From Acidobacteriota bacterium (lineage in GTDB: Bacteria > Acidobacteriota > UBA890 > WLXD01), in contig CAXWPH010000015.1 of the NCBI GenBank assembly GCA_963666055.2, positions 2,016,001 to 2,080,000 of the forward strand: a DNA stretch of 64,000 bases, read 5' to 3'. The notes under the pieces were generated by a model that did no database searches, was not told where the DNA came from, and saw nothing but the letters and a program-made list of their open reading frames with translations. Below are positions 61,832 to 64,000 of this stretch, piece after piece. The translations under genes were made by a program, and so were the position numbers. Each line of letters starts with the position of its first letter. Position 1 is the first letter of the stretch.

Positions 61832-64000
61832 TCACCCTTTGGCGTCCATCCAGTTGGCCCCGACCCTGATTTCAACCAGCAGCGGTACGTCGAGCTCGAT
61901 GGCGCCCTCCATTTCCTGTTTCACTACTTCCGTTACTCGATCGACCTCCGGCTCGGGCACTTCGATCACCAGCTCGTCGTGCACCTGGATGAGCATCCCG
62001 GATCTCAGCCCTAGCTTGGCGAGGCGGGCATGCAGATTGACCATGGCCAGCTTGATCAGGTCGGCGGCGGTTCCCTGAAGCGGTGTGTTCACGGCGATGC
62101 GCTCGCCGAAAGAGCGCACCATCGGGCGGCCGCTCTGTAGCTCGGGGAGGTGGCGTACGCGTCCCAGCAAGGTGGTTACGAAACCTTCCGCTCGGGCTCG
62201 GTCGATCGTCGCTTCGAGGTAGTCGCGCACCCTCGGGTAGGCGCTCAAGTAACGCTGGATGAAGTCCTTGGCCTCCGCCAGGGAGACGTTGAACTCGCGC
62301 GCTAGGCGCTGCGGGCCCATCCCGTAGAGCACGCCGAAGTTGATTACCTTGGCCCGGTCACGTTGCTCGTAGCTAACGTCCTGAGGTTCAACATGGAAAA
62401 TCTGGGCGGCGGTGGCACGGTGGATGTCGATGCCGTCGAGGAAAGCCTGCTGCAGCGCCGGGTCGGCCGATAGATGCGCCATAATGCGCAGTTCGATCTG
62501 CGAGTAGTCGGCCGTCATCAGCAGGCACCCGTCGGCGGGAATAAAAGCGCGGCGAATCTGCCGTCCGGTCGACTTGCGGATGGGAATATTCTGCAGGTTC
62601 GGGTTGCTGCTCGACAGGCGTCCGGTCGCAGCCACCGCCTGATCGAAGGATCCGTGAACGCGGCCGGTATCGGGCAGCACGTAGCCCGGCAGTGCGTCGA
62701 CGTACGTACTCTTGAGCTTCGAGAGCTCGCGATACTCCAGAATCTGGCTGACGATCGGGTAGTCGGGGGCCAGCGCTTCGAGTATCTCGGCCTTGGTGGA
62801 GCGACTGCCCTTGGCGGTCTTGCCGCCGGCGGGCAGCCCGAGCCGGTCGAACAGTACTTCCGCGAGCTGTTTCGGCGAGTTGAGGTTGAACGGTTCTCCG
62901 GCGATTTCGTAGATCTGCGCTTGTAGGGTCTCGATCCGCTCCCCGAACTGGGAGGACATCTCCGCCAGGTACCCGGTATCGATACGTATGCCGCGCAGCT
63001 CCATCGCCGCCAGCACTTGCATCAACGGCATCTCGAGGTCGGCGAGCAGCGCGCCCAAGCCTGGTTGTGCCTCGAGCTCCGAGTCGAAAACGATTGCCAA
63101 TCGCAGGGTCAGGTCGGCGCGCTCGGCAACGTAGCGCGTCGCTTCGGCTATCGGGATGGCGTCAAATGTGGCCTTGCGGTCGGGCAGTATCTCTTTGAGC
63201 TGGGTCGTGCGGACGTGGAGCAGGTCGCTCGCCAGCGCCGACAGGCGGTGACTCTGACGTGTCGGATGTAACACGTATGACGCCAGCATGATGTCGAGCT
63301 GTGGCTGGACCCCGACTACTTCGTGGCGCGCCAGCGTGATCAGATCGCGCTTGAGATCGTAGCCAACGATGTCGACGTCACCGTCGACGAGCAATGGCGA
63401 CAACAAGCGCAGGCACTCGTCGGTGCGCATCGCGTTGGTGGCTCCGAGGCCCTGATGTGCAAGCGGGACATACACACCGCCGCCGGGCTCCCAGCTCATC
63501 CCCACACCGACGATCTGGGCGCGCATCGGTTGCCTGGCGTCCACCTGCAGCTTGATGGCCACACGTCCCGCCTCACGGATCGTGATGATGGCCTCCTCGA
63601 GTTCCGCAGAGTTAGCGACGGTGCGGTAATCGCCCTCTGCTCGCTCGGGCTCCACGACGTAGTCGTCTAGCAGCCGACGGAACTCCAGCTCCGTGAAGAT
63701 TTCTCGGCATGTGGCGACATCGGGCTGGCCAACCCCCATCGCTTCGAGCGGCAGGTCAATGGGAAGATCCGTGTGAATGGTGGCGAGCCGCTTCGACAGG
63801 TGGGCCTGCTCGGCATACTCGGCCAGGTTGCGACCGTACTTGTACTTCGCCAGGTCGCCGGCGTGGTCGACTGCGTTCTCCAGCGAGCCATATGTCTGTA
63901 GCAACTCGCGAGCGCGCTTCGGACCGATTCCCGGGACCCCCGGGATGTCGTCAACGCTGTCTCCCATCAGTCCGAGCAGATCGGTCATCAGTCGAGGAGG
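61832..64000 (-). CDS. polA: DNA polymerase I (5' partial)
   Basis: GDSVDDIPGVPGIG (5' exonuclease), TGRLSSSNPNLQNIP, DYSQIELR, KVINFGVLYG, QVHDEL. Confidence 0.99.
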   Translation of the reverse strand, partial: PPRLMTDLLGLMGDSVDDIPGVPGIGPKRARELLQTYGSLENAVDHAGDLAKYKYGRNLAEYAEQAHLSKRLATIHTDLPIDLPLEAMGVGQPDVATCREIFTELEFRRLLDDYVVEPERAEGDYRTVANSAELEEAIITIREAGRVAIKLQVDARQPMRAQIVGVGMSWEPGGGVYVPLAHQGLGATNAMRTDECLRLLSPLLVDGDVDIVGYDLKRDLITLARHEVVGVQPQLDIMLASYVLHPTRQSHRLSALASDLLHVRTTQLKEILPDRKATFDAIPIAEATRYVAERADLTLRLAIVFDSELEAQPGLGALLADLEMPLMQVLAAMELRGIRIDTGYLAEMSSQFGERIETLQAQIYEIAGEPFNLNSPKQLAEVLFDRLGLPAGGKTAKGSRSTKAEILEALAPDYPIVSQILEYRELSKLKSTYVDALPGYVLPDTGRVHGSFDQAVAATGRLSSSNPNLQNIPIRKSTGRQIRRAFIPADGCLLMTADYSQIELRIMAHLSADPALQQAFLDGIDIHRATAAQIFHVEPQDVSYEQRDRAKVINFGVLYGMGPQRLAREFNVSLAEAKDFIQRYLSAYPRVRDYLEATIDRARAEGFVTTLLGRVRHLPELQSGRPMVRSFGERIAVNTPLQGTAADLIKLAMVNLHARLAKLGLRSGMLIQVHDELVIEVPEPEVDRVTEVVKQEMEGAIELDVPLLVEIRVGANWMDAKG

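Overview
GC-rich bacterial chromosomal window, probably from an Acidobacteriota-like environmental genome (inferred from the GWxTD protein, STAS anti-anti-sigma factor and TPR/PD40 and PKD lipoproteins). Housekeeping genes are carAB, split pntAA/pntAB/pntB, a fused E1alpha/beta 2-oxoacid dehydrogenase, addB/addA-like helicase-nuclease, serS with two tRNA-Ser genes, galU and polA (partial). Accessory blocks are a Tat-exported FGE-fold/Gfo-Idh-MocA/TIM-barrel trio, a TmpA/TmpB-like phosphonate oxygenase pair, a roughly 17 kb surface-glycan locus, a copper locus (NTF2, BNR-type CxCC lipoprotein, leader-like ORF, two-domain multicopper oxidase, TolC), a two-component system with a 5'-truncated kinase, and a roughly 2 kb decayed island at the tRNA-Ser(GCT) 3' end. 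The most unusual signals are three. (1) A secreted PA-domain metallopeptidase appears circularly permuted, with the third His ligand and Met-turn placed before HExxH. (2) An unannotated family of CTAG-bounded, highly structured MITE/ERIC-like repeats has one intact copy, one diverged copy and four solo ends, and several sit exactly on TAG stop codons. (3) A candidate copper-sensing leader peptide precedes the oxidase/TolC operon. Several frameshifts may be assembly errors. No CRISPR array, rRNA, integrase or transposase was seen. All family assignments come from motif recognition and recall, not database searches.
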